A stretch of DNA of 64,000 bases from Dipteris shenzhenensis (Eukaryota). Where the stretch lies: assembly GCA_047967505.1 (NCBI GenBank), contig CM106538.1; one strand, 5' to 3'. Each line of letters opens with the position of its first letter. Within the stretch, counting starts at the first letter, position 1. The notes under the pieces are model-generated. The model was given only the letters and a program-made list of their open reading frames with translations. It was not told where the DNA came from and did not search any database. Shown in pieces: positions 39,539 through 52,919 of this stretch. Made by a program: the position numbers and the translations under genes.

Positions 39539-41500
39539 TGGTTCTCCACTTATGATAGTGGAAAGACAGGTTGTGTGCATCTTGGAAATGACTATGCATG
39601 TGACATAGTGGGAGCAGGTGACATAAAGTTTTCTTTTGCAAATGGGTCTGCATTTGTTTTGAAACATGTGAGACATGTGCCTAAGCTGACCAAGAGTCTT
39701 ATTTCAGTGGGTCAGCTATATGATGCTGGTTTTCACACCACTTTTGGCTTTCAGAGTTGGAAAATTCAGAAGGGCTGCTCTATGCTTTTGGCCAGGGGTG
39801 CCAAGTGTGGGACTTTGTATCCCTTACATGTATCAGGGGTATTTGATCATGTTGTTGCAATAACCGAGCAGCCAAGCACTTCTTTGTGGCATTGCAGGTT
39901 GGGGCACATGAGCCAGAATGGAATGAAACTCTTATGCCATTTGGGTTATGTACCGCATTTGAGTTTCTCTGATTTTGAATTTTGTGAGCATTGTCTCTAT
40001 GGGAAGCAGAGTAAATCAGCCCATAAAAGAAGGGGAAAGAAAGAGTTTGAAAAGCTTGATTTGGTGCATTCAGACGTATGTGGTCCCATGCCTACACGGT
40101 CATTAGGCGGGGCTGAATACTATGTGACATTCATTGATGATGCAACTAGGAAAGTGTGGGCTTATGCTATAGCTCGGAAGAGTGATGTATTCCAGGTATT
40201 TCAGAAATGGCTGGCCTTGGTTGAGAATCAGTCAGGTAGAACGCTTAAATGCCTACGGACTGACAATGGTGGAAAGTATCTCTCTCATGACTTTTAGCAT
40301 TTCTGTGATACACATGGGATTAAGAGGGAGCTCACATCCCCTCATACTCCAGAGCAAAATCCAGTTGCAGAAAAGATGAACCGTACCATTCAAGAAAGAT
40401 TGCAATGCATGCTTTCCAATGCAAGTCTTTCTGGTGGTTTTTGGGCTGAGGCAATGAAGACTGTAGTACATGTGATCAATAGATCACCTAGTAAGAGTTT
40501 GGATGGTGGTATTCCTAAAGAGGCATGGAGTGGCAAGAAGCCCTCTTACTCTCATTTGCGTATATTTGGGTGTGAGGCATATGCACATGTGCCAAAAGAG
40601 CTTCGAAAGAAGCTAGATCCTAAGTCTAGGAAATGCATCTTTTTGGGTTATGGTGAAAGTGGAGAGATGGGCTATCGTCTCTGGGATCCAGAAGCAAAGA
40701 AGATCATACGCAGCCATGATGTGGTCTTCAATGAGAAGAAGATGCATAAGGCACCCATGAGGGATGTGGAAATGAGGAGAATCACTTTCCAGGATGTGAA
40801 TCCACCTGCATATGTTGATAGACAGCAAGCTGTCCATGCACCAAATGTGCAAGAAATGGTACCACCAAGTACTCCCACAGGTATACAATCAAGGGTAGAT
40901 GATGGATCATCTATTGGTGGAAATGATGAGCCAAATGTGGCTGATATGTAGGTGGGACAGCAAGCTGAAATGCCCTTGAGAAGATCATCTAGAGTGTCTA
41001 GACCGCCTGATAGGTTTGTTCCAGGGGTAGACTATGTGATGCTTACTGATTGTGGGGAGCCTTCTTGGTACAGAGAGGCTATGATGCGCGAGGATCAACA
41101 CAAGTGGGAATATGCTATGCAATCAGAGATGAGTTCACTTATGAAGTATAAGACTTGGGACTTGGTTTCTTTGCCACATGGAAAGAAAGCATTGCCATGT
41201 AAATGGGTCTACAAAATGAAGGTCACAGGTGATTATATGCCTAGGTACAAGGCCCGTTTGGTCGCCAAAGGGTTCAAGCAAGAGAAGGGTGTGGACTTTG
41301 ATGAGATATTCTCTCCGGTTGTGAAGATGACCACACTTAGATGCATGCTTGGACTAGTGGCATTAGAGAATATGGAGCTTATGCAGATGGATGTCAAGAC
41401 AGCTTTCTTGCATGGGGATTTGCATGAGGAAATTTACATGGTGCAGTCAGAAGGCTTTGAAGAAAAGGGCAAAGAGCATTTAGTTTGTAAACTAAAAAAG
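39539..41500 (+). mobile_element. Fragment of a different Copia family (Tnt1/Tork-like): protease end, gag-pre-integrase, integrase, start of RT
   Basis: VHLGNDYAC, VRHVPKLTKSLISVGQL, WHCRLGHMS, VHSDVCGP, LRTDNGGKY, YKARLVAKGF, QMDVKTAFLHG. Cut at LVCKLKK. Confidence 0.9.
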
Positions 41501-44500
41501 ACTCATCATCAATGCTCTGTTCTGAGCCACTGGATTCACCATCCACATAAGAGTGACCTGCATTCACATCAAACATGGGCTAATCTACCTTCTCTTTTCC
41601 TTTTCGTGATACCTGCATACCACTATCTCCTTTGCTTTAAAGAGATTCTCCTGATCTCAATCTTCCTATCCATGGCAAAGTATGTGAACCACGGCTAGAG
41701 GACAATGCAGGTCCACTAATATTTTGTGATTGTTGTTGTGAATTCTGTGCAGCATTACCATTTTGTGCATCTATATCATCAATCACATTTACTGGTTTAT
41801 ACCAGCTGCTCATCTCATAAAAAACAACATCTCTGCTTAGTGTAAACTTACGAGTAGAAGGGTTATAGCATCTATACCCTTTCTGCTATAGAGAATAACC
41901 AATAAAGATGCACTTCTCAGCTTTTGGATCCAACTTGGACCTCAACTCATCTGGCACATCAACATAGGCAATGCAACCAAAAATTTTCAAATGAGAAATA
42001 TCTGGTTTTCTACCAGTGTACATCTCCTGTGGCATCATGCCATGTATTGCTGCAGTGGGAGTCCTGTTCATTATGTAAACTGTTGTAGCAACTGCTTCAG
42101 CCCAATAATAATCTGGTAGGTCTTTTAATTTAGCATGGCTTGAGATACCTCTCCAATATGCATGTTTTTCCTCTCTACAAATCCATGTTGCTGTGGGGTA
42201 TGACTGCATGAATATTGCTACTTTATGCCATGCTCCTGCAAGAACCTTGCAAACTCATTTAAGAGGTACTCTCCCCCTCCATGTGACCTTAGGCATTTTA
42301 TTTGCAGGCCTGTTTCTTTTTCAACCATAGCTTTAAAAGCTTTGAAATGCCCAAACACTTCACTTTTCTTTTTCATAAAATACACCCAAACTTTTCTGCT
42401 GTAGTCATCAATAAAAGTGACAAAATAATGACAGCATCCAATAGATGCAGCTTTAGTAGTCCACCCATCAGAGTGAATTAATTCCAATGGCTTCTTACTC
42501 TCTTGAACATGTCCAGGAAATGGTTTCCTTGCCTGTTTTCCAAATTGACAGGCTTCACATACCTTATGCATTTCTGCAACCTTGAATTTAGGCAATCCTG
42601 CAACAATATTTTGGGCTTGCATTGATTTAAGTCGATGTACATTAACATGACCAATGCGTTTATGCCATCAATATCTGCAACTACACCGGTCCCATGTGCA
42701 AACATTGCTGCACTCAATTCAGGCATGTCTGCATCCAACATAAACATCCTGCCCTTCTTCTTTCCTTTTGCTATCAAGCGACCGTTATTTTTCATATCCT
42801 CAAAAAAGCATCCATGAGGATTAAATCTGACCTACAAGCCCTGCTCAACCATTTGACCAACAGAAACCAGGTTCTTGGTGATATTCGGGACATGAAATAC
42901 ATCAGACAGGTATTTCTTTTTTCCATCCTGCATAGACAAAGGAATTTTACCAATCTGCACAATAGGATGTGCAGTATCATCACCAGTCTCCACAAATCCT
43001 GGTCTTTCCATTTTCCTTACATCCTGCAACCATTCTGCATGACCTGTCATGTGGTTTGATGCACCTGAGTCAACATACCACACATCATTGCTTTCTTCTG
43101 CACTTGTCACAGAATTGGTCATGTGCTGCACCATAAGCAGATGCTCATTTCTGTCATCACCCTGTCTACTAGAAGATGCATAATTCCCTTACTGCAATTT
43201 TCCATTCATGATGTCATTCTACTTTTTATAGCAGTCTTTAGCCATATGACCCATTTTACCACAATAGTAGCATTCAACATTGTTGTTTGCATTTTGGCCT
43301 CTCTGCCATCCACCACGACCTCTTTGGCTCCCCCTGCCTCTAGAGTTACCACGTCCTCCTCCATAGGACTAGTTTTCTTGAGTTTGCTGCCTATTCTAAT
43401 TTCTACCATGGCCTCCAGATCGGCTTGCTCTACCTTTGCCTCTACCTCTTCTAGCATTTGAGTAGAAGATAGTTTCTTTTGAAGTTCCTCCTGAAGAAGA
43501 TGCACCACCATTTCTCTGCTCTTCAGAAATTAGAAGAGCAAACAACTCCTCAAAATCAGGAAATTTTTCACAGATGGCAATGGATGTCCAGAACTGTGCA
43601 TAATCCTTTCCTAGACCATTCAAGGTCACAGAAACTAAATCATCATCTTCCACTGGCGACCCAATGGAAGCAAGTGCATCTGCAATTTTCTTCACCTTCA
43701 TGTGGTAGTCATTAATGCTCATATTTTCTCTCTACACATTGTGCAACTCCTGCTTGAGTTGCATTTTCCTAGCTTGCGTATTTGTGCTGTACATTTTTGC
43801 CAAAGTATCCCATGCCTCCTTTGGCGTACTTGCATACTGAATATGCACAATCATAGAATCTGAAATACTGATAGACAGCCAGTACATAACTTTTCTCGCT
43901 CTCTCATGCCATCCTTTAAATGCTTGCATTTCCTGTTGATTGGGAACATTAGGAAGAACTGGTTCTTCTTCATTTCCTATAATGAACTCCCAATAGCCTT
44001 TTCCCATAAGGAAATTTATCATTCTAAACTTCCATGCTTGGAAGTTGTTCTTGTCAAGCTTTTCAGTGACAATCTATGAAAGAGAATCAGATGCCATTAC
44101 AGAACACTGCAAAATATCGTCACTGCAAAAAACACAACTTCTACCTCACAAGGGCAAATCTGCAAAACTGACGAAAGTGGTATTTGACCACACAGTCACT
44201 TCCTAGTGACGATTTTGCATCAACAAGCAATAAGGATGATTCTGTAACTCCCAATATCTCTATGCACAAGCATACGATGCAATTTCTGCGGCAGCTTTTC
44301 ACCAACCTATAGAGCAGTGGTCACATAGCAAAAACAGTGCCTTTTTCTCAGTGCTTGCGGAGAACTTCTGCCTCCAAAACGGGCCCTGAAATGGCCTCGA
44401 ATCAAAGAAATAAAGTCACCAAGGGCGTCACCCTCACCTGTATCATATATTGCCCTCTCGCCACACCGCGAAGGGGATCTCAATCTGAGACAATGCACTC

Positions 44501-44976
44501 TTGCACTTTCCGGCTGTGCTACCTATAGAGATTTGCTCCCAAACTCAAAAAAGGAAAGCAACACTGGTCCTCTTACCAGGACACCGCGAACTTGGTTTGC
44601 TTTCTTGAGCTCCTTACCACGAACCAGGCTCTGATACCATGTGAAGATAGTGGGAGAGAAGGAAGGAGTCTCACTTGCGGCTTTCTCACATACACAATGG
44701 GGGAATACACACAAAGGTGGAGGCTAAAAACAGTTTTCCTCTTCTTAGTTGTGAAAGCCAAAAGAACTCAAGTATAAAGAAATAGAAGAACCCTATATGT
44801 GGGTCTCAAACCAAACTCAACTAACTAAGGTGGCATACTAATTGAGCCACGAACTAGAGTACATAAGGATAGCTGTCATCTAGCTATTATTCATGGGCGA
44901 TGTACCAACCTTATCCGCAGCTAACAAGTCGGTGACATAAATGCACAATGGTCACCTTGGCATATCATGAGTGGAG
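41501..44976 (-). mobile_element. Copia family X copy E: 5' LTR (44640-44976), iMet PBS (44628-44639), gag, protease, integrase; 3'-truncated
   Basis: Reverse complement of 44992-48432. GCTCTGATACCA abuts the LTR. The LTR lacks about 15 terminal bp. Confidence 0.92.
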
Positions 44977-47900
44977 TGTTGAGATATCGAGCTCCACTCG
45001 CGATATGCCAGGGTGACCGTTGTGTATTTATGTCACCGACTTGTTAGCTGGAGATGCGGTTGGTACACCGCCCACAAATAATAGCTGGATGACAGCTATC
45101 CTTATCTACTCTAGTTTGTGGCTCAGTTAGTAAGCCACCTTAGTTAGTTGAGTTTGATTTGAGACCCACATATAGGGTTCTTCTATTTCTTTGTACTAGA
45201 GTTCTTTTGGCTTTCACAACTAAGAAGAGGAAAACAGTTTTCAGCCTCCACCTTTGTGTGTATTCCCCCATTGTGCTTGTGAGAAAGCCTCAAGTGAGAC
45301 TCCTTCCCTCTCTCCCACTATCTTCACATGGTGTTCATGGCAAGGAGCTCAAGAAAGCAAACCAAGTTCGCAGTGTCCTGGTAAGAGGACTAGTGTTGCT
45401 TTCCTTTTTCGAGTTTGGGAGCAAATCTCTGCAGGTAGCACAGCTGGAAGTGCAAGAGTGCACTGTCTCAGATTGAGACACCCTTCACGGTGTGGCGAGA
45501 GGGCATTTATTTTTCTGATTCGAGGTCATTTCGGGGCCCATTTTGGAGGCGGAAGTTCTCCGTAGGCATTCAGAAAAAGGCCCTGTTTTGGCTGTGCGAC
45601 CACTGTTCTGCAGGTCGGTGAAAGGTTGCCGCAGAAATTGCATCGTATGCCTGTGCGCAGAGATATTGGGAGTTGCAGAATCATCCTTATTGCCTGTTGA
45701 TGCAAAATCGTCACTAGGAAGTGACTGTGTGGTCAAAAACCACTTTCGTCAGGTTTGCAGATTTGCCCTTATGAAGCAGAAGTTGTGTTTTTTGCAGTGA
45801 CAGAATATTTTGCAGTGTTCTGTAATGGCGTCTGATTCTCTTTCACAGATTGTCACTGAAAAGCTTGACAAGAACAACTTCCAAGCATGGAAGTTTAGAA
45901 TGACGAATTTCCTTATGGGAAAAGGCTACTGGGAGTTCATTACAGGAAATGAAGAAGAACCAGTTCTTCCTAATGTTCCCAATCAACAGGATATGCAGGC
46001 ATTTAAAGGATGGCATGAGAGAGCCAGAAAAGTTATGTACTGGCTGTCTATCAGTATTTCAGATTCAATGATTGTGCATATTCAAGATGCAATACGCCAA
46101 AGGTGGCATGGGATACTTTGGCTAAAATGTACAGCACAAATATGTAGGCCACGAAAATGCAGCTCAAGCAGGAGCTGTGCTTGAGCTGCACAATGTGCAA
46201 AGAGAAAATATGAGCATCAATGACTACCACATGAAGGTGAAGAAAATTGCGGATGCACTTGCTTCCATTGGGTCGCCAGTGGATGATGACGATTTAGTGT
46301 CTATGACCTTGAATGGTCTAGGAAAGGATTATGCACAGTTTCGGACATCCATTGCCGTCCGTGAAAAATTTCCTGATTTTGAGGAGTTGATTGCTCTTCT
46401 TATTTCTGAAGAGCAGAGAAATGGTGGTGCATCTTCTTCAGCAGGAACTTCAAAAGAAACTGTCTTCTACTCAAATGCTGGCAGAGGTAGAGGTAGAGGT
46501 AGAGGAGGCCGATCTGCATGCCGTGGTAGAAATCAGAATATGCAGCAAACGCAAGAAAACCAGTCCTATGTAGGAGGACGTGGTAACTCTAGAGGCAGGG
46601 GGAGCCAAAGAGGTCGTGGTGGATGGCAGAGAGGCCAAAATGCAAACAGCAATGTTGAATGCTACTACTGTGGTAAAATGGGGCATATGGCTAAAGACTG
46701 CTACAAAAAGCAGAATGAATATGAATGGAAAATGCAACAAGGCAATTATGCATCCTCTAGTAGACAGGGTGATGACAGAAATGAGAATTTATTTATGGTG
46801 CAGCATATGACAAATTCTGTGACAAGTGCAGAAGAAAGCAATGATGTGTGGTATGTTGACTCAGGTGCATCAAACCACATGACATGTCATGCTGAATGGA
46901 TGCAGGATGCAAGGAAAATGGAAAAACCAGGATTTGTGGAGACTGGTGATGATACTGTACATCCTATTGTGTAGATTGGCAAAATTCCTTTGTCTATGCA
47001 GGATGGGAAAAAGAAATACTTGTTTGATGTATTTCATTTCCCGAACATCACCAAGAACCTGGTTTCTGTTGGTCAGATGGTTGAGCAGGGCTTGTAGGTC
47101 AGATTTAATCCTCATGGATGCTTTGTTGAGGATATGAAAAATAATGGTCGCTTGATAGCAAAAGGAAAGAAGAAGGGCAGGATGTTTACGTTGGATGCGG
47201 ACATGCTAGAATTGAGTGCAGCAATGTTTGCACATGGGACCGGTGTAGTTGCAGATATTGATATCTGGCACAAACGCATTGGTCATGTTAACATACAGCG
47301 ACTTAAATCAATGCAAGCCCAAAATATTGTTGCAGGATTGCCTAAATTCAAGGTTGTAGAAATGCACAAGGTTTGTGAAGCCTGTCAATTTGGGAAACAG
47401 GCAAGGAAACCTTTTCCTAGGCATGTTCAAGAGAGTAAAAAGCCATTGGAATTAATCCACTCTGATGTGTGGACTACTAAAGCTGCATCTATTGGAGGTT
47501 GTCACTATTTTGTCACCTTTATTGATGACTTCAGCAGAAAACTTTGGGTGTATTTTATGAAAAAGAAAAGTGAAGTGTTTGGGCACTTCAAAACTTTTAA
47601 AGCTATGGTTGAAAAAGAAATAGGCCTGCAAATAAAATGCCTAAGGTCAGATGGAGGGGGAGAGTACCTCTCAAATGAGTTTGCAAGGTTCCTATAGGAG
47701 CATGGCATAAAGCAGCAATATTCATGCAGTCATACCCCATAGCAAAATGGAATTGCAGAAAGAAAAAACAGGCATATTGGAGAGGTATCTCCGGCCATGC
47801 TAAATGAAAAAGATCTACCAGATTATTATTGGGCTGAAGCAGTTGCTACAGTAGTTTATATAATGAACAGGACTCCCACTGCAGCAATACATGGCATGAT

Positions 47901-49538
47901 GCTTGAGGAGATGTATACTGGTAGGAAACCAGACATTTCTCATTTGACAATTTTTGGTTGCATTGCCTATGTTCATGTGCCAGATGAGTTGAGGTCCAAG
48001 TTGGATCCAAAGGCTGAGAAGTGCGTTTTTATTGGTTATTCTCTGCAGCAAAAAGGGTATAGATGCTATAACCCTTCTACATGTAAGTTCACAGTGAGCA
48101 GAGATGTTGTTTTTGATGAGATGAGCAGCTAGTATAAACCAGTAAATGTGATGATTGATGTAGATGCACAAAATGGTAATGCTGCACAGAATTCACAGCA
48201 GCAATCACAAAATATCAGTGGACCTATAGTGTCGTCTAGCAGTGGTTCACATACTTCGCCATGGATAGGCAGATTGAGATCAGGAGAATCTCCTCAAAGC
48301 AATGCAGATAGTGGTATGCAGGTATCACGAAAAGGAAAAGAGAAGGTAGATCAGCCCATGTTTGATGTGAATGCAGGTCACTCTTATGTGGATGGTGAAT
48401 CCAGTGGCTCAGAGCAGAGCATTGATGATGAGTTGGGTATTCCTTCTATTGTTACACCTGGAGTAAGGAAGACCAGGGATGTTTTGAGAGCACTGGAAGT
48501 GAGCCTATTTTGCACAGGTCTACCAGGGTTAGGTATCCTGTGGATAGGCTGAAATATGATGGATTTACAGCCATTCACTATGCGTATATGGTCAAAGTGA
48601 TACAGGAACCAGAACCCACTTCTTTTGAGCAAGCCATGGGAAATGAAAAATGGGAGAAAGCCATGGATGAAGAAATGGATGCCTTGGATGCAAATGCTAC
48701 ATGGGAATTGGTGCCTTTGCCTAAAGACAAGAATGCAATTGGCTGTAAGTGGGTTTATAAGATCAAGCACAATGCAGATGGTTCTGTGAATAGATACAAG
48801 GCAAGATTAATTTTCAAGGGGTATGCACAGACATATGGCATTGATTATGAAGAAACTTTCAGCCCGGTTGCAAAGATGGCAACCGTAAGAGCAGCCATTG
48901 CTATGGTTGCATCAAAGGGATGGTCTTTACATCAGATGGATGTAAAGAATGCCTTCTTGCATATGGTGATTTGCAAGAAGAGGTCTTTATGGAGCAGCCA
49001 GCAGGTTATGTTCATGCTATTCATCCTGAGTTTGTTTGCAGGTTGAAGAAAGCCTTGTATGCCTTGAAGCAAGCATGTAGAGCATGGTCTGACAAGATAG
49101 GACAGTATCTTGTCACTATTGGCTTTCAGATTTCCAAGGCAGATTTCTCACTCTATGTGAGAAAAACAGAGAAAGGGATTATGCTGCTTGTCATTTATGT
49201 TGATGATTTGATCATCACAAGTGATAGTGATGAAGATATCCTTCATGTGAAAATGCTATTGAGGCAGAAGTTTGAGATGAAGGATTTGGGAGAGCTACGT
49301 TATTTCTTGGGCATTGAGGTGATTAGATCACCAAGTGGGATACAGCTCTTGCAGAGGCAGTATGGATTGGACATGCTATCCAAATATGGGATGACAGGCT
49401 GTAAGCCTATTTCAGTTCCTTTGGAGCAGAATGTGAAGCTGAGCGCAGATGCAGGTGAGCTTCTGGAAGACCCTACTATGTACAGACGCATAGTAGGAAG
49501 TTTGATTTACATGACTATTACCAGGCCAGATTTGAGCT
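44977..49538 (+). mobile_element. Copia family X copy F: 5' LTR (44977-45328), partly deleted PBS, gag-PR-IN-RT; 3'-truncated
   Basis: LTR matches 39187-39538. EKLDKNNFQAWKFRM, CYYCGKMGHMAKDC, WYVDSGASNHMT, integrase and RT motifs. Ends after TRPDLS. Confidence 0.93.
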
Positions 49539-49814
49539 CATCTGCATTAACTCCCACTTGTCTTGCCAAGCCTTGCCCCTTGGGTGCATTGACTCCCCAT
49601 TGTCTTATTGCTCAATGTGATAGTCCCTTGCCAGGTGCCATTTGCATTAACTCCCTATTGTCTTGCCAAGCCTTGACCCTTGGGTGACATCCAGTGCATA
49701 TTTTGACTCTCATTTGACATAGGAGGTGATGACTCTGATTATAATTGTCTTGAACTGGCTTCTTGCCTAGTACCCAAATAAAATCCTTCAATGGACTTCA
49801 ATACAAAGCTTTAA

Positions 49815-52806
49815 TCATGGACATTCTTCATTTGTGCTGTCTCCTTCTACTTCCTCCATGGCGAGCATCCTTAAAAATTCGTGTATATGCAAAATACTTT
49901 GCTGTGGTATTTTTATTTTTCCTTCTACCTCATATCCCATGCGCTTCTTTGATTTCTTTGCCCTTGAATGCCAAGACACTATGATTGTCTCCGTCGAAAC
50001 TTGAGAGACCGCTTCATCATTTGGGACCCCCTCCTTCATTGGGTGCGTCAATTTTACGAGCAAAAACCTATGAGCAGGTTTATCCGAACGTGTTTTTCAA
50101 GAGATTTTTAAAAATGTTTTTCTTTAGGAAACATGGTTTTTACACTTTTATTTTCACTAGAACTAGATCCCTTCATCATAAAAATATACAGACTAATCAC
50201 TCATTCATTTTTACACAACATAATTTTCTTATTTAGAGACATCCCTTTGTACCCCTGTTATTACCTTAAAAAAGTGTTGATTCCTTTAAGAAACATTCCT
50301 CATAATCACTCTCAATGTAATAATACTATGCATATATAATTACTTATTAACACATTTATATCATATGGCAATATCTTTTTAGTGTTTTTATAGCATATTT
50401 ATGGACATGTTTCTAAAGAAGTTTAAATTACTATAAATAAGTATTAACTTAGGCTTATATATCACTCTCATAAAATACATGTAATATTTAATACTATATA
50501 TGAAAGATTTTCCAAAATATAACTCCATAGATGTGCTCAAATGGGGTGTTCCGATCAATTTGAGTGGTTGAATGACTATATTTGGACATTGGATATGAAA
50601 GTTATGTCACTTTAAAAAGTGCTGTCTAAGGTAGTTTCGCCAGCGAAACTACCTTGGGAGACTTGCTTCAAAGGGGTTTCGCTGGCGAAACTACCTGGAT
50701 GGCTTGCTTCAATGAGTTTTCTTTGAAGAAACTCTTTCATGAAGATAGGTTGAGAGAGGGTTTTCAATGTCACCTCCTATTAAGTAAAAGTTGTAAGAAG
50801 GATCATAAGGGAATTTTCATAGAGAAGTTCTACATGTGGGTTTCTTCAAAAGCCATCCCATTATGCTCTCACCATTCCTACAGATTCACCTAAAGATTTT
50901 TGTATAAAATAGGCATTTCTATAATACTTTGCATATTTCTAAGTGAAACTATGTTTTCTTCTAATCGATTTTTGCCATATTTATGCATAGTTGGAAGCTT
51001 TTTTTTTCCTTCGCTCGGACGCTTGGAAGATTTTGCTCATAAAATGCTCGTCCCCCTCCTTCATTATACAATTAGTATACAATGTTTGTTATCCATATTC
51101 TCCTTCTTGCCCTTTGGCTCATACCATACCGCTGTAAATGTTGTAGCTCTCCCTTGGTCATCTCTTTGCACATCGACTACTTTTGCAACCCAAAACTTCA
51201 CATTCTCATATTCATCATCCAATGGCCGAACCACAACAAAACAATCGACCTCTATATCTACTTGTGGCATAAACTCTCTCTTTTTCGGTCCATAATATGG
51301 ATGTGGGAGTAATGATACAAATTCATTTTCAAAGACTGGAGCTGGGCGCAAATCGTTATGAACATTTGGCCAAAACATATTGCATTCTTCCTTGACATCC
51401 TTTGAGCCTCGCATTCTCTCAAGGTCCTTTATTAAATTTTGTATCTTGTTAATTACGGTGGTGGTGTGTTCTCTCCAAGTAGGCTTCGAATCAGGATATC
51501 TCTGGAGCATTTCCTCTTTGTATGTAATAAATGCTTTTAATCCTTCTATCTCACAGTTAGACCTCTCATTGAATTCTTGTATAGGAGCCCATGTTGGATA
51601 CCTTTCCTTGTTGGGAATTGAAATTAAGAGACTGTAAGGTTCTCCAGGTTCCCATTTTGTATCATGAGAATACTGCTGCCATTGCATTATGGGTTTTTCA
51701 TCTTAAAAAAAAACGAAAGTAGTGTGGATTGGTATGACCTATCAATGCATCACCACCCGTTTGTATGAAAGGTAGAATGAAGCTCTTCCAATCATACATT
51801 CTTTCGAGCCTCTCACATACTGTACTTTCCTTACGACCACCAACTTGCCTGCCACATCTTCTTACCAAGTCATCTATTGTCTCCACATCCTTGCATTTAA
51901 GCTCCCTTGAGACTGTGCTAAAAACCTGATCGATATCCTCATGTGTATGCCCAACATAGAAAAATCCACATTCGACCTCATTGAAGATTCAATGAGCAAC
52001 TAGCATGGAGTTGACAAGACATCGCTATTGAAACCTTTGCCGTTCTCACTGTGCAAGAATTCATCCACCCCAGATAAGGCTTCTCTTCTAAAATGATTTT
52101 GTTTCTCGGAACCAATGAACTCACCCACTCCAGATAAGATGTCACTTCTATAATTGAGTACATTGAAATCATCCACATTTGAAGTGATAGAGCTTGGCAC
52201 ATGGGCACGCTTTTTAGGTCCTTTGATATTGTAGTATACTTTGTCTTTATCATTGAAAACCACGTGCCTCTTTCTCATGTTTAAAAATTGCATGCTCCAT
52301 CTCATATTCTTGCCTACCTCATAGTAGGGATCACATAAGGATGTTATGTTATCAACCATACCATCATCAGTGACTTTTAGAATCCTCATCTATGCAAATA
52401 ACCATTGCTCCACTTGTTCAAATCCCAATACTTCACCTTCTGCTATAGTCTTATTTGCAAATGATCTCATTTGTAAAATGTCCCCTATAGTAAAGTCCAA
52501 GGTGGTGCACTTTGTATTCTTGATAATGTCTGTTGCATAAGTCTCATCTTTGTCCCATGCTATAAATGATTTTTTGGATGTATTGTAGGGCATAACATCT
52601 CCAAGTGTTTCCATATCTCCACATTTATACTTTAGCTCAACATGTCTGCTAAGAATCTTTGATATGGTAACTGCCACCTTATCTTCGCCAAGTCTTCGGA
52701 AGTGGCAAACTGAATTGGGATCACTATCATGGATTATAGCAAATGCAACTACTTCTCTTTTGCTACATAAAATCACATCCATCCCTGGAACAAAATCTAT
52801 AGTCAT
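49815..52806 (-). pseudogene. Putative DDE/D-type transposase gene (GHTHEDIDQxFS motif, DUF7869-like) with N-terminal TNP1/En-Spm-like repeats; decayed and split by a MITE
   Basis: Hand translation of 51980-51698: EVECGFFYVGHTHEDIDQVFSTVSRELK...MYDWKSFI...GHTNPHYFRF. It continues in ORF 51064-51687 and, after MITE removal, LYTNCIMKEGVPNDEAVSQV (49815-50040). ORF 52390-52806 has VVAFAIIHDSDPNSVCHFRRLG..V.ISKI..TLGD..FIAW. Confidence 0.65.
50041..51055. mobile_element. Non-autonomous Mutator-like element/MITE, 1,015 bp
   Basis: TSD CTCCTTCATT at 50031-50040 and 51056-51065. Imperfect 25-bp TIRs, GGGTGCGTCAATTTTACGAGCAAAA versus GGGGACGAGCATTTTATGAGCAAAA. AT-rich non-coding interior. Confidence 0.85.
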
Positions 52807-52919
52807 CTCCTTGTGAGAGTCCTTTGCAGTAGCAACAATTACATAAATATTAGTCTCTTTTTAATAATCTACTCATTTATTATAATTTTTAATTAGTACT
52901 TAATTTATTGGTGGGAGAA

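Noticed and set aside
39539-39550. TGGT after the LTR at 39538 as a PBS
   Set aside because: The sequence is coding (WFSTYDSG) for the host Copia protease region. The LTR has a PPT upstream, so it is a 3' LTR.
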